DNA of 64,000 nt, from contig CBDCNP010000002.1 of NCBI GenBank assembly GCA_965219415.1, forward strand, positions 4,640,001 to 4,704,000. Reading direction: 5' to 3'. Shown piece after piece: positions 50,091 through 61,098 of this stretch. Below the pieces are notes generated by a model, which had not been told where the DNA came from, did not search any database, and saw only the letters and a list, made by a program, of their open reading frames with translations. How positions within the stretch are numbered: position 1 is the first letter of the stretch; each line of letters opens with the position of its first letter. Position numbers and translations under genes: made by a program. Origin of the DNA: Candidatus Marinacidobacterales bacterium. GTDB lineage: Bacteria; Acidobacteriota; Vicinamibacteria; Marinacidobacterales; DATDRI01.

Positions 50091-51218
50091 CTATCCTGAA
50101 GGGAAGCTTACGAGAGCATCGCGACGAGCAACGCGCAGGCGCTCTGCGACATGTGTCTCGTCCAGAGGCTCCGTGTAGTCGACGGTGATCAATCGCACGC
50201 CGTGGCCGGCGCATAACTCAGCTTTTCTGGCGTCACGTTGCTGCTGCGACTTCAGAGCAGTGTCTCCTCCCCAGACTGAGACTGAGTGGAAGTGCTGCTG
50301 GCCTTGGTATTCGATCCCGAGCATGCGCGCTGGAATGAAGATGTCCAGTTCCAGACCTTCAAGCCAGTCCGGACGATGATGCCGAAGAATCGTGTCATCC
50401 GGCAGTAGCCGTCTCACAACGTTGAAAAGGATGGACTCGCTGATCCACCCATCACCGACAGCACGGAATCCAAAGTCTTGTCGCGTAGTGCTCTCAACGT
50501 CATTCAGGACGGCCTGTCTGAGTCGGCCTGCTTCCCGCCGAAGGGCGACGAACCTGTCCTCCTCGCCCATCCTCACGTTGCGCCAGTACGTTGGCTCGTC
50601 GGGAGAGATTTCACTCCTTGCCGGTCCCTCGGCGAGGGCCAGCAGCCGGGCCCGTTCTGCTTGATGCTCGCGCTCAACCTCCCGCCAGACCAGCACCTTC
50701 TGTGCAAGCTTCGAAGGGCAGGAATCCTCGAGATAGTCGAGGTCACCCGGCCGAAGCCCCAATCTCAGAAAGGTCTGGTTCACGTACCATCCGAACTTCT
50801 GTAGGAATTGCCCGCCGTACATCTCGTGGCAGTACCGGAGTACGGGAGTCGCCAGATTACAGCGATGACATACCCGAGGCTCGAATCGCAACCACTTCAA
50901 CGGGTTGTCGGACTCGAGCAGCGACCTCTCGGAAAGAGAGTCTGGGAAGTATGCGTCAGACAACGGTGCGAGCCGACGTCGGTCGCTGTACGATCGACCG
51001 TCCAGGTTCGTCAGCCTGATTGCATTCTGAACAGATACCCTTGCGCACTCACAGAGGGTGAATGGTCCCTCCGGTCGATCGGCAAAAGCAAAGAAGGCGC
51101 CATAGTGGCTTGGATACATGACCCACCGCAACGGCAATGCTTCTTCAAAGAGTTCCTCCGCGATCGCGACCCGGGTGGGACGGCTCCGATGTGGCTTGAG
51201 TTTCCTGCCCATGAGCAA
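50091..51218 (-). CDS. Cys-rich N-terminus plus C-terminal PD-(D/E)xK/Vsr-like nuclease
   Basis: LELDIFIP...GIEYQGQQH...RDARKAELC; CECA and CHRC motifs; start uncertain. Confidence 0.7.
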   Translation of the reverse strand: MLMGRKLKPHRSRPTRVAIAEELFEEALPLRWVMYPSHYGAFFAFADRPEGPFTLCECARVSVQNAIRLTNLDGRSYSDRRRLAPLSDAYFPDSLSERSLLESDNPLKWLRFEPRVCHRCNLATPVLRYCHEMYGGQFLQKFGWYVNQTFLRLGLRPGDLDYLEDSCPSKLAQKVLVWREVEREHQAERARLLALAEGPARSEISPDEPTYWRNVRMGEEDRFVALRREAGRLRQAVLNDVESTTRQDFGFRAVGDGWISESILFNVVRRLLPDDTILRHHRPDWLEGLELDIFIPARMLGIEYQGQQHFHSVSVWGGDTALKSQQQRDARKAELCAGHGVRLITVDYTEPLDETHVAERLRVARRDALVSFPSG

Positions 51219-52331
51219 ACGTGGTTCGCAGCACTGAAGATCCTACCTCACATACGGCCACACGCGCCATGCTGAAATGGGGCTGTCCTGAGAAACCTGT
51301 GACCCGAAAAAAGAAGCTCGTGTATCGACGGCGTCGTGTCCGAAAATTCGAACTGAGCCGAAAGTCTGAATTTTCGAGGCGTTGTCGAAATTCGCGGAGA
51401 CCCCGTCCTGTGCCAAAACTCGGCCCTTTTGAAATAGACCATAAATTAGCAGCTTAGTGTCTGTGTTTGCGACCGGGCCAAGGGCCGTAAGTGTGGACGA
51501 GCAGGACTGGTTCGCGGTCGAATGGGACGACGGCGGCGGCGAAGGCGACAAACGCCCCGCACCTGGACCAGAATGTGCTAGGCCAGCTACACGGCGATAG
51601 CTCCGGCCTCGATTCTGGGCTTCTCGGGTGGCTGCCGAAGATCGACATTTCTCGAGAGTCAGCTCGCGACGAGCCTTAAAGGCAGAGACGAGAGCGCGAA
51701 CAAACGACGAAATCATGCCGGCATGGTGCCGGCAGACCGGAGACTAATCAAGTTCGGTGCGCGCGGATGAATAAATAGAAGGCACAACACACCGAGCTTG
51801 AGAGCGGTCACGCACCGACCGTCTCCTACGGCGAAAGTCGTCGCACTGCCGCGAGTCGGTGGATTGCACCATCGATACGAGTGGCGAGAGGCAGCCTGAG
51901 TCAGCTTGGTCGCTCGCGTTACTCGGCTGGTCGCCGAGAAGTTCGTCCTCAGCACCTTTCCTCGCGCGCTGACCACGCTCTCCAGCATGTGCTCGAGGGC
52001 AGTCCGGGCCTAGAGTCCAGTCCCGGACAAATAATGATGATGGACAGCCCAGAATCCCTGCCAATCCTCACTTCAGGAGCAAAATGCTGAAGGCACCCAG
52101 TTGTGCCTTCTATTTATTCATCCGTGCGCGCCGAACTTGATCGGTCTCCGGTCTCCCGGGACCATGCCTGCATGATCTCGTCGTTTGTTCGCGCTCGGCC
52201 TTGGCACGGCCGCAAACACAGACACTAAGTTGCTGATTTATGGGCTATTTCAAAAGGGTCGAGTTTTGGCACAGGACGACCAGCGCCCGGCCGTGATAGT
52301 CTTCACGCTGAACCGAAGAAGGAGAGGTGGC

Positions 52332-52439
52332 ATGAGATGGATACTGGCTCTTGCGTGCGCGCTGTCTGCGGTGGGCTGTAGCGGGAACACGCGAGTGGAG
52401 TCCTTTTCGGGGGACTCGGCGGAATCAGAAAAGGAGTGA
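52332..52439 (+). CDS. 35-aa lipoprotein-like ORF (possibly a remnant)
   Basis: MRWILALACALSAVG-C lipobox; GAGG RBS. Confidence 0.35.
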   Translation: MRWILALACALSAVGCSGNTRVESFSGDSAESEKE

Positions 52440-52442
52440 GCG

Positions 52443-53213
52443 ATGTTTGAGCTACCGTTGGCTTGGTTTATTGGTTTTATTCTTCTCGCAATCTTCTTCC
52501 TCAACTGGATCAAGGTTCTCAACGAGTACGAGCGAGGCGTCATTTTTCGTTTCGGGAAACTCCTGCCCTACCCGAAGGGGCCGGGCCTCATTCTCGTCTT
52601 CAGTCCCATCGACCGCATGGTGAAGATGAGTCTACGCCTGGTCGCGCTCGACGTTCCGCCCCAGGATGTAATCACGCGCGACAACGTTTCGGTGAAGGTA
52701 AACGCGGTGATCTTCTTCCGTGTCGTTCATCCGATCAAGGCGGTGGTCGAGGTGGAGAACTTTCTCCATGCGACTTCTCAGCTTGCGCAAACGACGCTCC
52801 GCAGCGTCCTCGGTCAAGTGGAACTCGATGGTCTCCTATCCGAACGTGAGCGGCTCAACATGCAGCTCCAGGATATCCTAGACAAACACACCGACCCGTG
52901 GGGCATCAAAGTCACCTCCGTGGAGGTCAAGCACGTCGATCTGCCGGCGGAAATGACGCGCGCGCTGGCCAAGCAGGCGGAGGCGGAACGGGAGAAGCGA
53001 GCCAAGATCATCCACGCCGACGGTGAGTTCGAAGCCTCTGATAAGTTGGCGGCGGCGGCGAAGATCGTCGGCCGACACCCGATGGGGATCCAGCTACGCT
53101 ATCTACAGACTCTTACCGAAATCGCAACCGAAAAGAACTCGACGGTCATATTCCCACTTCCGATCGATCTGATGCAGGAGTTCTTGAATCGGGCCAAGGG
53201 TGGCTCTTCGTAA
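52443..53213 (+). CDS. SPFH/band 7 stomatin-like (slipin) protein
   Basis: [38 protein letters not shown]. Confidence 0.95.
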   Translation: MFELPLAWFIGFILLAIFFLNWIKVLNEYERGVIFRFGKLLPYPKGPGLILVFSPIDRMVKMSLRLVALDVPPQDVITRDNVSVKVNAVIFFRVVHPIKAVVEVENFLHATSQLAQTTLRSVLGQVELDGLLSERERLNMQLQDILDKHTDPWGIKVTSVEVKHVDLPAEMTRALAKQAEAEREKRAKIIHADGEFEASDKLAAAAKIVGRHPMGIQLRYLQTLTEIATEKNSTVIFPLPIDLMQEFLNRAKGGSS

Positions 53214-53274
53214 GGGGGACGTTGTCGGAAGTTGGCCTCGTCTAATGACATGACGATGCACAACCTTTTTTGAC

Positions 53275-54723
53275 CTATCTCTGGAGGCCCAGGCGGTACG
53301 GAAACTCCACGCGGAGTGCCTCCTCGGCCTCGTCCTGAGTGTTTCCAATGGCGATGACATCTAGCTTGCCGAATCTGCGGAGGGGACCTGCATTGTACAG
53401 TAAGTAGCGTCCCCGCCCGGTGCTGGCATCGTAGAGCGCCTCCCCAAGGCGGGACAGGATGTCTGAGAAAGGGATGCCGACCAGCTCGGGATGAACGAAG
53501 TCCTGCGCTCGATACGGGGGCCGCTCTCCTGGTACGACTCGGTCGACCAGATGCATGGGGATGCTCGTTCCGCCCCAGCGGCCATTGCATTCCACGAACA
53601 TCAGCCGGCAGTCGCCGAGCGGATCGCCCACTGCAAGCAGATCGAACGAGCATCGACCGACGTATCCCAGCGACTGGAGACCCGCCCCGAGGCGTAACGC
53701 GGCGTGGCCGATGCGCTCGTTGATCGGGCGAGGCAACGTGGAAGGACGGCTGCCCACGAAGACCCTGGCCTCGCCTTCGAGGATCTGCTCATAGATGCCT
53801 TCAAGCTCGGGAGTCCCTTTATCGATCGGTGGAATCCAGAGCTGGGTAGAGGGGGATAGGTCGGTCTGCTCCCAGGAGATGAGCACCTCTTGCCTTCCGT
53901 CCCAGTGGGTTCTCTCAAGGAACGCCCGCACGTCTTCTTCGATCTCCGGCCGAGCCCTGGCGCGCAGGCGTTTCGACTCGAAGACGTGATTCCCCATTCC
54001 CGAAGTGCATCGCGTTCGTTTGAGCGCAACAAGCGGATGGAGTTCTGAAAGGCCGAGCAGATGCTCCGCCATCACTTCGGGATGTCGGGCGGTGCGTGTA
54101 TCGACGTTCCAATCGTCTCCCAGCACCCGCGCGACAAGCTCACGAAAGTGCGCCTTGTCGTTGGCGAACTCTGTCAGTGGCGGTGGGGGACCGAGCACAC
54201 GAACGTCATGCCCCGTTTTCTCCTTGAGGCGTTTGGCAAGGCGCCAGACCGGCTCAATGCTCATGTAGGGGTGGAGGACGATGCCGTTCGCGCGTGCCCT
54301 CCGAGCGATCCCTCGAAAGGCTTCTGCCCGCAAGCACGCCTGCGTCACCGCTATGGGACCGGCCACCGGCTCCGCCACCAGGGCATCCGGACTCCCCAGC
54401 GCGAGACGTTGGCGACAGTAGACTTCGTAGCCGGGCGCGGGCGACGTGACGGCGGCGAAGAGGTCCCGGTCGTTCGCGCGAACCCTGGCTCGATGCTGAT
54501 ATTCTTCCACGCCCAGGATCCCGTCGAGGAAGGGAAGTTCGGAGACATCGTCCAGGTACAGTGTCGGACGGGTTTCTCCTGCACCCACCCAGACACGATC
54601 GCTGTAGGGCTCGACGAGCTCCGACAAGTGCAGTGGCTCAGAAACCTCCTTCCCGGCCTCGCGAGCCCGCTCGTACTCCGCCGGGCTCACATCAAGCATC
54701 ATCACCACACGTCTATTCTCCAT
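53275..54723 (-). CDS. Pre-ATP-grasp/ATP-grasp protein (PGM1-like peptide-ligase related)
   Basis: ANDKAHF, SGMGN, SPSTQ, GYVGRCSFD, ECNGRWGG. Confidence 0.7.
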   Translation of the reverse strand: MENRRVVMMLDVSPAEYERAREAGKEVSEPLHLSELVEPYSDRVWVGAGETRPTLYLDDVSELPFLDGILGVEEYQHRARVRANDRDLFAAVTSPAPGYEVYCRQRLALGSPDALVAEPVAGPIAVTQACLRAEAFRGIARRARANGIVLHPYMSIEPVWRLAKRLKEKTGHDVRVLGPPPPLTEFANDKAHFRELVARVLGDDWNVDTRTARHPEVMAEHLLGLSELHPLVALKRTRCTSGMGNHVFESKRLRARARPEIEEDVRAFLERTHWDGRQEVLISWEQTDLSPSTQLWIPPIDKGTPELEGIYEQILEGEARVFVGSRPSTLPRPINERIGHAALRLGAGLQSLGYVGRCSFDLLAVGDPLGDCRLMFVECNGRWGGTSIPMHLVDRVVPGERPPYRAQDFVHPELVGIPFSDILSRLGEALYDASTGRGRYLLYNAGPLRRFGKLDVIAIGNTQDEAEEALRVEFPYRLGLQR

Positions 54724-55202
54724 TAGAATTCGTCGGGTGGAAATGCGGACCGGATGGTTCCCGTGCGCGATGGCGCGAGTCGGTGGAGAGTCTCTGGCGT
54801 TGAGGGCCGGCGGTCTGACGGTTTCTCATCGATAACCTGTGCCTTCTATTTGTTCATGCGCGGGCACCGAACTTGATTAGTCTCTGGTCTGCCGGCACCA
54901 TAGAGTCCGTGTCCGCCCCGCCTGTCGCGGAGCGCCCGTGGCCGAATCACGGCGGGGGACAACGATGGAGCCTGACCAGAAGCCCGCTGCGCCGGACGGT
55001 TCCTCCGCTGATGCCCAGGGTGCCGACTATAATGATGAAGGACAACAGGCCGGAAACGGACTTACGGTGCGGCTAAGTGAGGCACTCCCACAGGAAACGG
55101 GGAGAAACAGATAGGCCGCGCCTACGGAGCACCGCGCCAGCCCTCGATCCTACCGGGCACGGCGGCAACCTTCAAGTTCTGCAAGAGCTGCGGCAACCGC
55201 GT

Positions 55203-55850
55203 TCACGGAACGCGCTCTCGCCATTCCTCTTCGGTCATGTAGCCGGGCCCTGGTCCAGGGAAACTGCTAATCTTGCTCTCTTCCCAGACGATCCATGAGT
55301 CCATTGTGTGTTTGTTCCCAAGTGAGTCAAAGCACCGTGGCCGCACGCGCACCGGTGTTCCTCCCCCGTTCAGCTTTAGCTCCTCGACGACATGGGCTTC
55401 ATCGAACATCACTTGTAAGGTCTGGCCATACTGAAGCCGGTGGGGTAGCGAGACGTTCGACAGGAGCGAGTCCTTATATCTCGTAACATGAGGGAACCAA
55501 ACCACCGTAGAGATCCGGCTGTCGCTGTCAATTGGTATTCCCTGTTCGAATTCGATGGACGTGATGGTTATGTCGAACGGGCTCGCGTTTGCGATAGTTA
55601 AGCCAACAAACGACTTCCAATTCGGGTTGCCGAACTCGTCATCGCCATCCTGCACTGTGTGGAATGCGGGTGTAATCTTCACGGTGGGCACACTCCGTTC
55701 TCGGTTTCTCTGTTCCGATTCAGCCAAGATGCGAGCCTGTTTGCTCGTGTAAACCGCTTGGACGAGAACGGAGATTGCAATGATGATGGTCAGGACGATC
55801 ATCATTCCCTGTTCGAACGTGAGGTCGATGAGGAACTGAGGCGGCTGCAT
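55203..55850 (-). CDS. Hypothetical protein with N-terminal membrane anchor
   Basis: 215-aa ORF, one hydrophobic helix. Confidence 0.6.
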   Translation of the reverse strand: MQPPQFLIDLTFEQGMMIVLTIIIAISVLVQAVYTSKQARILAESEQRNRERSVPTVKITPAFHTVQDGDDEFGNPNWKSFVGLTIANASPFDITITSIEFEQGIPIDSDSRISTVVWFPHVTRYKDSLLSNVSLPHRLQYGQTLQVMFDEAHVVEELKLNGGGTPVRVRPRCFDSLGNKHTMDSWIVWEESKISSFPGPGPGYMTEEEWRERVP

Positions 55851-55972
55851 CGCTTTGCCGTTAGTAAAGAGGTGATACGGTCTAAGACCGGGATTTTAAT
55901 CTGAATCCTCGGTAGTGTCCTAATTTAAATCGAAACTCGCCGACAGCAGCTCCCTAGGCCCCAAGAGACGAA

Positions 55973-56138
55973 GGTGCTTCCGCCATTAAGTGTTGGTGAG
56001 ATGACGCTAAGATTTTATGCTGCATTAAATTACAGCCAAAATAGCGCTCACGTCCTTTGCCTGGAGCTAAATGGAGCGTAAGCGCTTTTTTTATAACGGG
56101 ATACGTACACATTACCAACAGCAAACAGCGCAAGCACC
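55973..56138 (-). mobile_element. 166-bp IS1-family MITE, copy 5 (inverted)
   Basis: Reverse complement of the 8560-8725 family. Confidence 0.9.
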
Positions 56139-56689
56139 CACGGACCTCGGGACACATCCCCTAGCAACACTCGATGACGGAAGCACCTTTGCGGACCACA
56201 AGCAGCTGATCACTCGTCAACCCCCATCTGGATCTCACCATTCCTGAGATAGGAAGAAACGGTCACGGACGGCAACCCACCGCACTGACTAGCATGCAGG
56301 GCTACGTGGGTGTATCGTGTGGGGCCCATCGCGAATCTGAATGTAAAGTAACGTGACTGTGATCCGGCAACACAAATCGGTAGTCTCGTCCGTTGCGGCC
56401 GTTATTGCCGTCATCTGTCACCCGGGAATTCTCTGGGCCCAGAATTGTGTCGACCTTTCGCCCCGTGTCGAGGTCAGCCAGCAAAGGCTTGCGGTCAAGT
56501 TGTCTGGAAGTTGGGAGTTCTTCACTCCCGAGTCTCCAGAGAGGAAAGTAGCCCTCCGACTATGCTTACTGCATCGGCGAATGGTATGCCGCGCGGAGAG
56601 CTGACAGAGGCCAGAGCGTGGCTGTGCGACACGCCGGTCCACATGACTTTTTACGACGGTGAGCGATCTCAGGGTCTTCGAAAACCAAA

Positions 56690-57892
56690 ATGAAAATTCC
56701 ACGACACGCAAGCGCATCGCATAGCGCTTCTGCTTCCATGACTGGCTACCTCTTTCAGGCTCGTTTTGCTCTTCTGCGCGGTTTGGAAGAAGGCAGGCGC
56801 CATCCAGGACATGCGCTTTCAATTGAAAGATTTGATGATGTGGCTTTTGAGGACGCTGGTGGCCCCTTTGAACTCATTCAGACGAAACACCACGCAAAAG
56901 GCGGGAATTTATCGGACGTCAGTGCGGATCTGTGGCGGACACTCAATATCTGGATCAAATTGATTATCGAAGATCCAACAACTTCGGCTAACACACGTTT
57001 TGTTTTTCTTACCACCAATGCAGCCCCAGCTGGTTCCGCCTTGTCGATGTTGAGCCCGGTGCAAGATAAGCGTGACGAATCCTGCGCAATGGAGTTACTC
57101 TGCAAGGCAGCAAACGACTCGCAGAATCAAGCGACGGCAGATGCTCGCGATGCTTTCCTAGACCTCACTACTGTTTCAAGACAGCTTTTGGTTCAGAATA
57201 TCTGGGTATTTGACAGGGGACCAAGCATTATCGATGTTCGCGAGGAGATCGAAGAAGTTCTTCACTACTCAGCGCCACCTGAAAAAGTTGGGACCTTCAC
57301 TGACCATCTGGAAGGTTGGTGGTTTGGCCGAGTCATTCTTGCGCTGAGCGATCCGAATTCCGCCGCAATCCCTCTTGCGGCGATTCAAAATAAAGTCTCG
57401 GAGCTTCGAGAAAGCTTTAAAATCCGAAATCTTCGCCTCGATGAGAACATCGAAACGATGCCACCGCCCAGTGTGCTGCCCAGAGACGATAGAACTTTCA
57501 TCCGCCAGATGACATTGGTCGACGTGTCAGAAGAAGAAATGATAGCCACAGTCCATGACTATTATCGTGCATATGAACAACGTTCTCGATGGGCAAGGGA
57601 GAATCTGCTTCTGGACGGCGAAGCTGATCGCTACGACCGGGTCCTCGGCGACGCGTGGTATCGTCGTTTCCTTTCTTACACCGCTGACGTTACTGAGGGT
57701 TGCGATGATGGAACGAAGAAGGCACAGGGAAAAAAAGTATTTCGGTGGGCTCGCGAGTATCAGAAACCCTTACGAAACCGAGACGAAATCTGGCTGTCTT
57801 CTGGGTCTCTTCAGATGCTTGCGGACGAAGTGAGAATCGGTTGGCATCCAGATTACAAAACTCTACTCGCATCCGGGAAGGATGAAATGTGA
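56690..57892 (+). CDS. lmuA: Lamassu/ABC-3C effector with Cap4-like PD-(D/E)xK nuclease
   Basis: GYLFQ...ERFDDV...IQTKH...DLWRTLNIW; C-terminal GSLQMLADE..IGWHPDY. Confidence 0.8.
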   Translation: MKIPRHASASHSASASMTGYLFQARFALLRGLEEGRRHPGHALSIERFDDVAFEDAGGPFELIQTKHHAKGGNLSDVSADLWRTLNIWIKLIIEDPTTSANTRFVFLTTNAAPAGSALSMLSPVQDKRDESCAMELLCKAANDSQNQATADARDAFLDLTTVSRQLLVQNIWVFDRGPSIIDVREEIEEVLHYSAPPEKVGTFTDHLEGWWFGRVILALSDPNSAAIPLAAIQNKVSELRESFKIRNLRLDENIETMPPPSVLPRDDRTFIRQMTLVDVSEEEMIATVHDYYRAYEQRSRWARENLLLDGEADRYDRVLGDAWYRRFLSYTADVTEGCDDGTKKAQGKKVFRWAREYQKPLRNRDEIWLSSGSLQMLADEVRIGWHPDYKTLLASGKDEM

Positions 57893-58398
57893 GTTTGTAT
57901 CACTGGCAGGAACGCTGGCCATCCGAGGAGGCCAATCACTTTAACCCCGCCTATTGCGGTGTGCTCATTTACGAGTTCGTCCGCGCTTATGAAAGGGCGA
58001 AAAGAGTATCGCCGTCATTCGCGCTTTTGTATTGTGCCCTCCCCATTTCGCTTCACCCTGCCACCCGCGATCGCCTACCGAAATCCACCGTCACCGGCCT
58101 ATTTCCCTGGCTTGAAAATAATCGGGATGTCCGAGTGGGTTTTGCTGATCGAGCGCGCAACCTCACCCCCTATGTTCGGGAAGCGTTTCGGTACGCGGCA
58201 GCACGCAGTGCAATTCGTTTTGCTGATGGCGGGGTGGTTACCATCGGGCCCAAACGGGCCTCTTTTACACAATCGGAACTCGATAAGGCTACTACTGATG
58301 TTCGCGATACCGTCGACGCCATTCGCAAGGTGGCCCGGTGGTTCGCCGCAGCAGGGGACACGCCAACAATTCTTGCCGCATGGGGTATACGCGTATGA
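57889..58398 (+). CDS. lmuC: Lamassu/ABC-3C middle component (DUF6521-like)
   Basis: EEANHFNPAYCG...LPISLHPATRDRLP; GTGA overlap. Confidence 0.8.
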   Translation: MSLYHWQERWPSEEANHFNPAYCGVLIYEFVRAYERAKRVSPSFALLYCALPISLHPATRDRLPKSTVTGLFPWLENNRDVRVGFADRARNLTPYVREAFRYAAARSAIRFADGGVVTIGPKRASFTQSELDKATTDVRDTVDAIRKVARWFAAAGDTPTILAAWGIRV

Positions 58399-60332
58399 GT
58401 TTCACACTTCGGTCCATTAGCATCTACAGTACGCGTGGCGCGTGCCGCACGGTTAAATTCCGCCAGTCAGGCCTAAACATACTCACTGGACGAGCCAAGA
58501 CCGGCAAGTCAGCGATCATAGATATTCTCGACTATTGCTTCGGCCGTTCAGAGTGCTATGTCGCCGAAGGTGTCATTCGACAGCACGTGTCATGGTTCGG
58601 GGTGGAGATTGAGAATGGCGAGGATGTTCTTTTTGTTGGTCGACGCAATCCAGGTGAGAGCAGGCGCACCAGTCAAGACATCCATATTCGTCGCGGGCGG
58701 CACGATAGTCTGCCGAAATATGCCGACCTGCACAAGAACATCACCGAAGAGGCACTGATCCGCCTACTGACCCGCTTCACGGGGATCGCCGAGAACGAAA
58801 ATCAACCGCTCACAGGGATTCGGAGGCCGTTGCAAGCCACTATCCGACACGCTCTCTTTTTTTGCTTCCAGAAGCAGGACGAGATCGCGAGTCGAGATCG
58901 GCTTTTCCATCGGCAGGGAGATCAATTTATTCCGCAGGCAATCAAAGATACAATCCCCTACTTTCTCGGCGCTGTTGATGAAGACCATTTTCTTCGACAA
59001 AACGAACTGGACGACGCTAAGCTGTCACTGCAACAGCTCGAAGCGCGTCGTAATGTCATGCAGAGTAACGACGATACCCAAACAGGAATCAGGCGCCTTT
59101 TTCTAGATGCACGCCGCGTTGGCCTTGTCGATGAGGGTTTTGAAACTACTGAGATAGAACTAGCACTACAAGAGTTGAGGCGTGTTCTGGCGATGGATCT
59201 TCAATCTCCAACCATTGTCTCTGGTGCCAGTGATGTGATCGTTAGGCTTGAGAACGAGCTCCGCACGCTTCATCAGCAGTTGGAAGATGTTCAAAACGAC
59301 ATTCGGGCAACCCAGCATTTTTTGCGAGAACAAACCAGCTATTCGAGGGAAGTGAATGAACAACGCGCGCGTCTTGTTTCACTTGACCTCTATACGGGTG
59401 TGTCAGATGTAGACAATGTCTGCCCGCTTTGCGAAGCACATCTCGAGACGCCGACACCAGCGGCATCAGATCTTTCCAGCTCTCTTCGGGCCCTTAATGT
59501 GCAGTTGGACGCTGTTAGCGCGGAACGTCCGCACCTTCAGAAGCGCTTAGATGAGTTTAGCAGGAAACGCACAGAGATTGAGAGAGCGATTGTCGCGACA
59601 CAGCGTGATCTCGAACGCGCCTATAGGGATGATGAAAGGGCACGTCAGCAACGCGATGAAGTCATCGAGCGAGCGCGTGTTGTCGGAAGAATCGGCGCAT
59701 TTCTGGACCGAACGAGTTTGTCGGACGAAAAAGAAGATCTTGATAAACGCATCGATGAAGCCCGGCGGCGGGTGGAGGTTCTCGCTGAGCGTGTGAGTGC
59801 AGACGACATAGATGAAAGAGTATATACCTTCCTCAATCTAATCGCGGACCATATGACGGGCTATGCTACCGATCTTGACCTGGAACATGCTGAAGGACGT
59901 ATACGGCTTGATTTGAAAAAACTTTCTGTCGTGGCTGAAACGGTTACGGGCCCGATTCCCCTTAACCGGATTGGTAGCGGAGAGAACTGGGTTGGGTATC
60001 ATGTGGTCACTTTATTGGCGCTCCATCGTTGGTTCAGAGAACAGAACCGTCCAGTACCCGGAATTCTCGTGTTCGATCAACCGTCTCAGGCACATTATCC
60101 ACCTGATTTGGATCAACACGGCAGAATTGACGTGCTCCAGGATGCAGACCGTCGGGCTGTACACAATCTTTTTGAACTCATGCACTCGGCAAGCCAAGAA
60201 ATAGGCGAGGGCTTTCAGCTTATCGTTCTCGACCATGCCCATCTTGATGATGATTGGTTTAATGCGAACATCGTTGAGGAATGGCGCGGTGACTCAGGGC
60301 TCGTACCGGTTGAGTGGAGGACGACGTCGTGA
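58395..60332 (+). CDS. lmuB: Lamassu SMC/Rad50-like ABC ATPase (DUF3732)
   Basis: Walker A GRAKTGKS, CPLC hook within the coiled coil, GSGEN signature, VFDQP, LDH; ATGA overlap. Confidence 0.85.
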   Translation: MSFTLRSISIYSTRGACRTVKFRQSGLNILTGRAKTGKSAIIDILDYCFGRSECYVAEGVIRQHVSWFGVEIENGEDVLFVGRRNPGESRRTSQDIHIRRGRHDSLPKYADLHKNITEEALIRLLTRFTGIAENENQPLTGIRRPLQATIRHALFFCFQKQDEIASRDRLFHRQGDQFIPQAIKDTIPYFLGAVDEDHFLRQNELDDAKLSLQQLEARRNVMQSNDDTQTGIRRLFLDARRVGLVDEGFETTEIELALQELRRVLAMDLQSPTIVSGASDVIVRLENELRTLHQQLEDVQNDIRATQHFLREQTSYSREVNEQRARLVSLDLYTGVSDVDNVCPLCEAHLETPTPAASDLSSSLRALNVQLDAVSAERPHLQKRLDEFSRKRTEIERAIVATQRDLERAYRDDERARQQRDEVIERARVVGRIGAFLDRTSLSDEKEDLDKRIDEARRRVEVLAERVSADDIDERVYTFLNLIADHMTGYATDLDLEHAEGRIRLDLKKLSVVAETVTGPIPLNRIGSGENWVGYHVVTLLALHRWFREQNRPVPGILVFDQPSQAHYPPDLDQHGRIDVLQDADRRAVHNLFELMHSASQEIGEGFQLIVLDHAHLDDDWFNANIVEEWRGDSGLVPVEWRTTS

Positions 60333-60844
60333 GGCAATCGAGCCATGACAGCCTCATTCCCACCGAGAATTGTCAAGCCAGATGAAAGTGGTATCAAATG
60401 TCGGGTGGTGGCAATCTGGAACGGGCAGACGAGGAGCGGAGACGCCGTGGGGCTGCCTTGGTGCACAACTCCGATAGAGGCCGAGAGCTCGCTTGGCCCC
60501 GGCTCCCATCATCCGATCATCTCGCTATTAGGCATCCCGAGCACCGTCATGGTGTTGAGAATCTTGCACCCGATCCTTGCCTCACCTCTCTGTGCCGCCA
60601 ACCCTCTCGCTCGCATCGCTGAGCCCACGATAGCCTTGTAGCGATGGAACGTTGTCTCGACTTTGCTCCGTTTGCTGTAGCCCGATTCTGTGTGCCTGTG
60701 CCTTCTATTTATTCATCCGCCAGCCCCATGGGTCGGAAGTCAGCCCTGCGGCGCGAAATACCCTGGATTCTGCGCGGATTTCAAGGGCGTCTAAGCTGCT
60801 GATTTGTGGTCTATTTCAAAAGGGCCGAGTTTTGGCACAGGACG

Positions 60845-60996
60845 GGGTCCATTGGTACAACACGCAACGACTCTTGGAGCCGATCGGAAATGTCTCCCCC
60901 GTCGAGTACGAGATGAACTACTATCGGTCGCAGGAAGGCTCGCTAGAGATGGCGAGACTCAACTAAAACAGTCTCCGGAAAACCCGGGGCGGTTCA
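60845..60996 (+). mobile_element. IS3-family 3' fragment with right IR
   Basis: VHWYNTQRLLEPIGNVSPVEYE; GTCTCCGGAAAACCCGGGGCGGTTCA. Confidence 0.8.
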
Positions 60997-61098
60997 GCTT
61001 GGCGTTTAGGAACATCTTGGTGTGCACGCCGACACAGGTAGTCCAACTGACACTAGCATTCAAACGCGACGTAGCAACACTTGATGGGGCGGAAGCAC
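60997..61098 (+). mobile_element. IS1-family right-end fragment with an empty IS1111 target
   Basis: Related to 23030-23130; TAGCAACACTT at 61072-61082. Confidence 0.8.
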
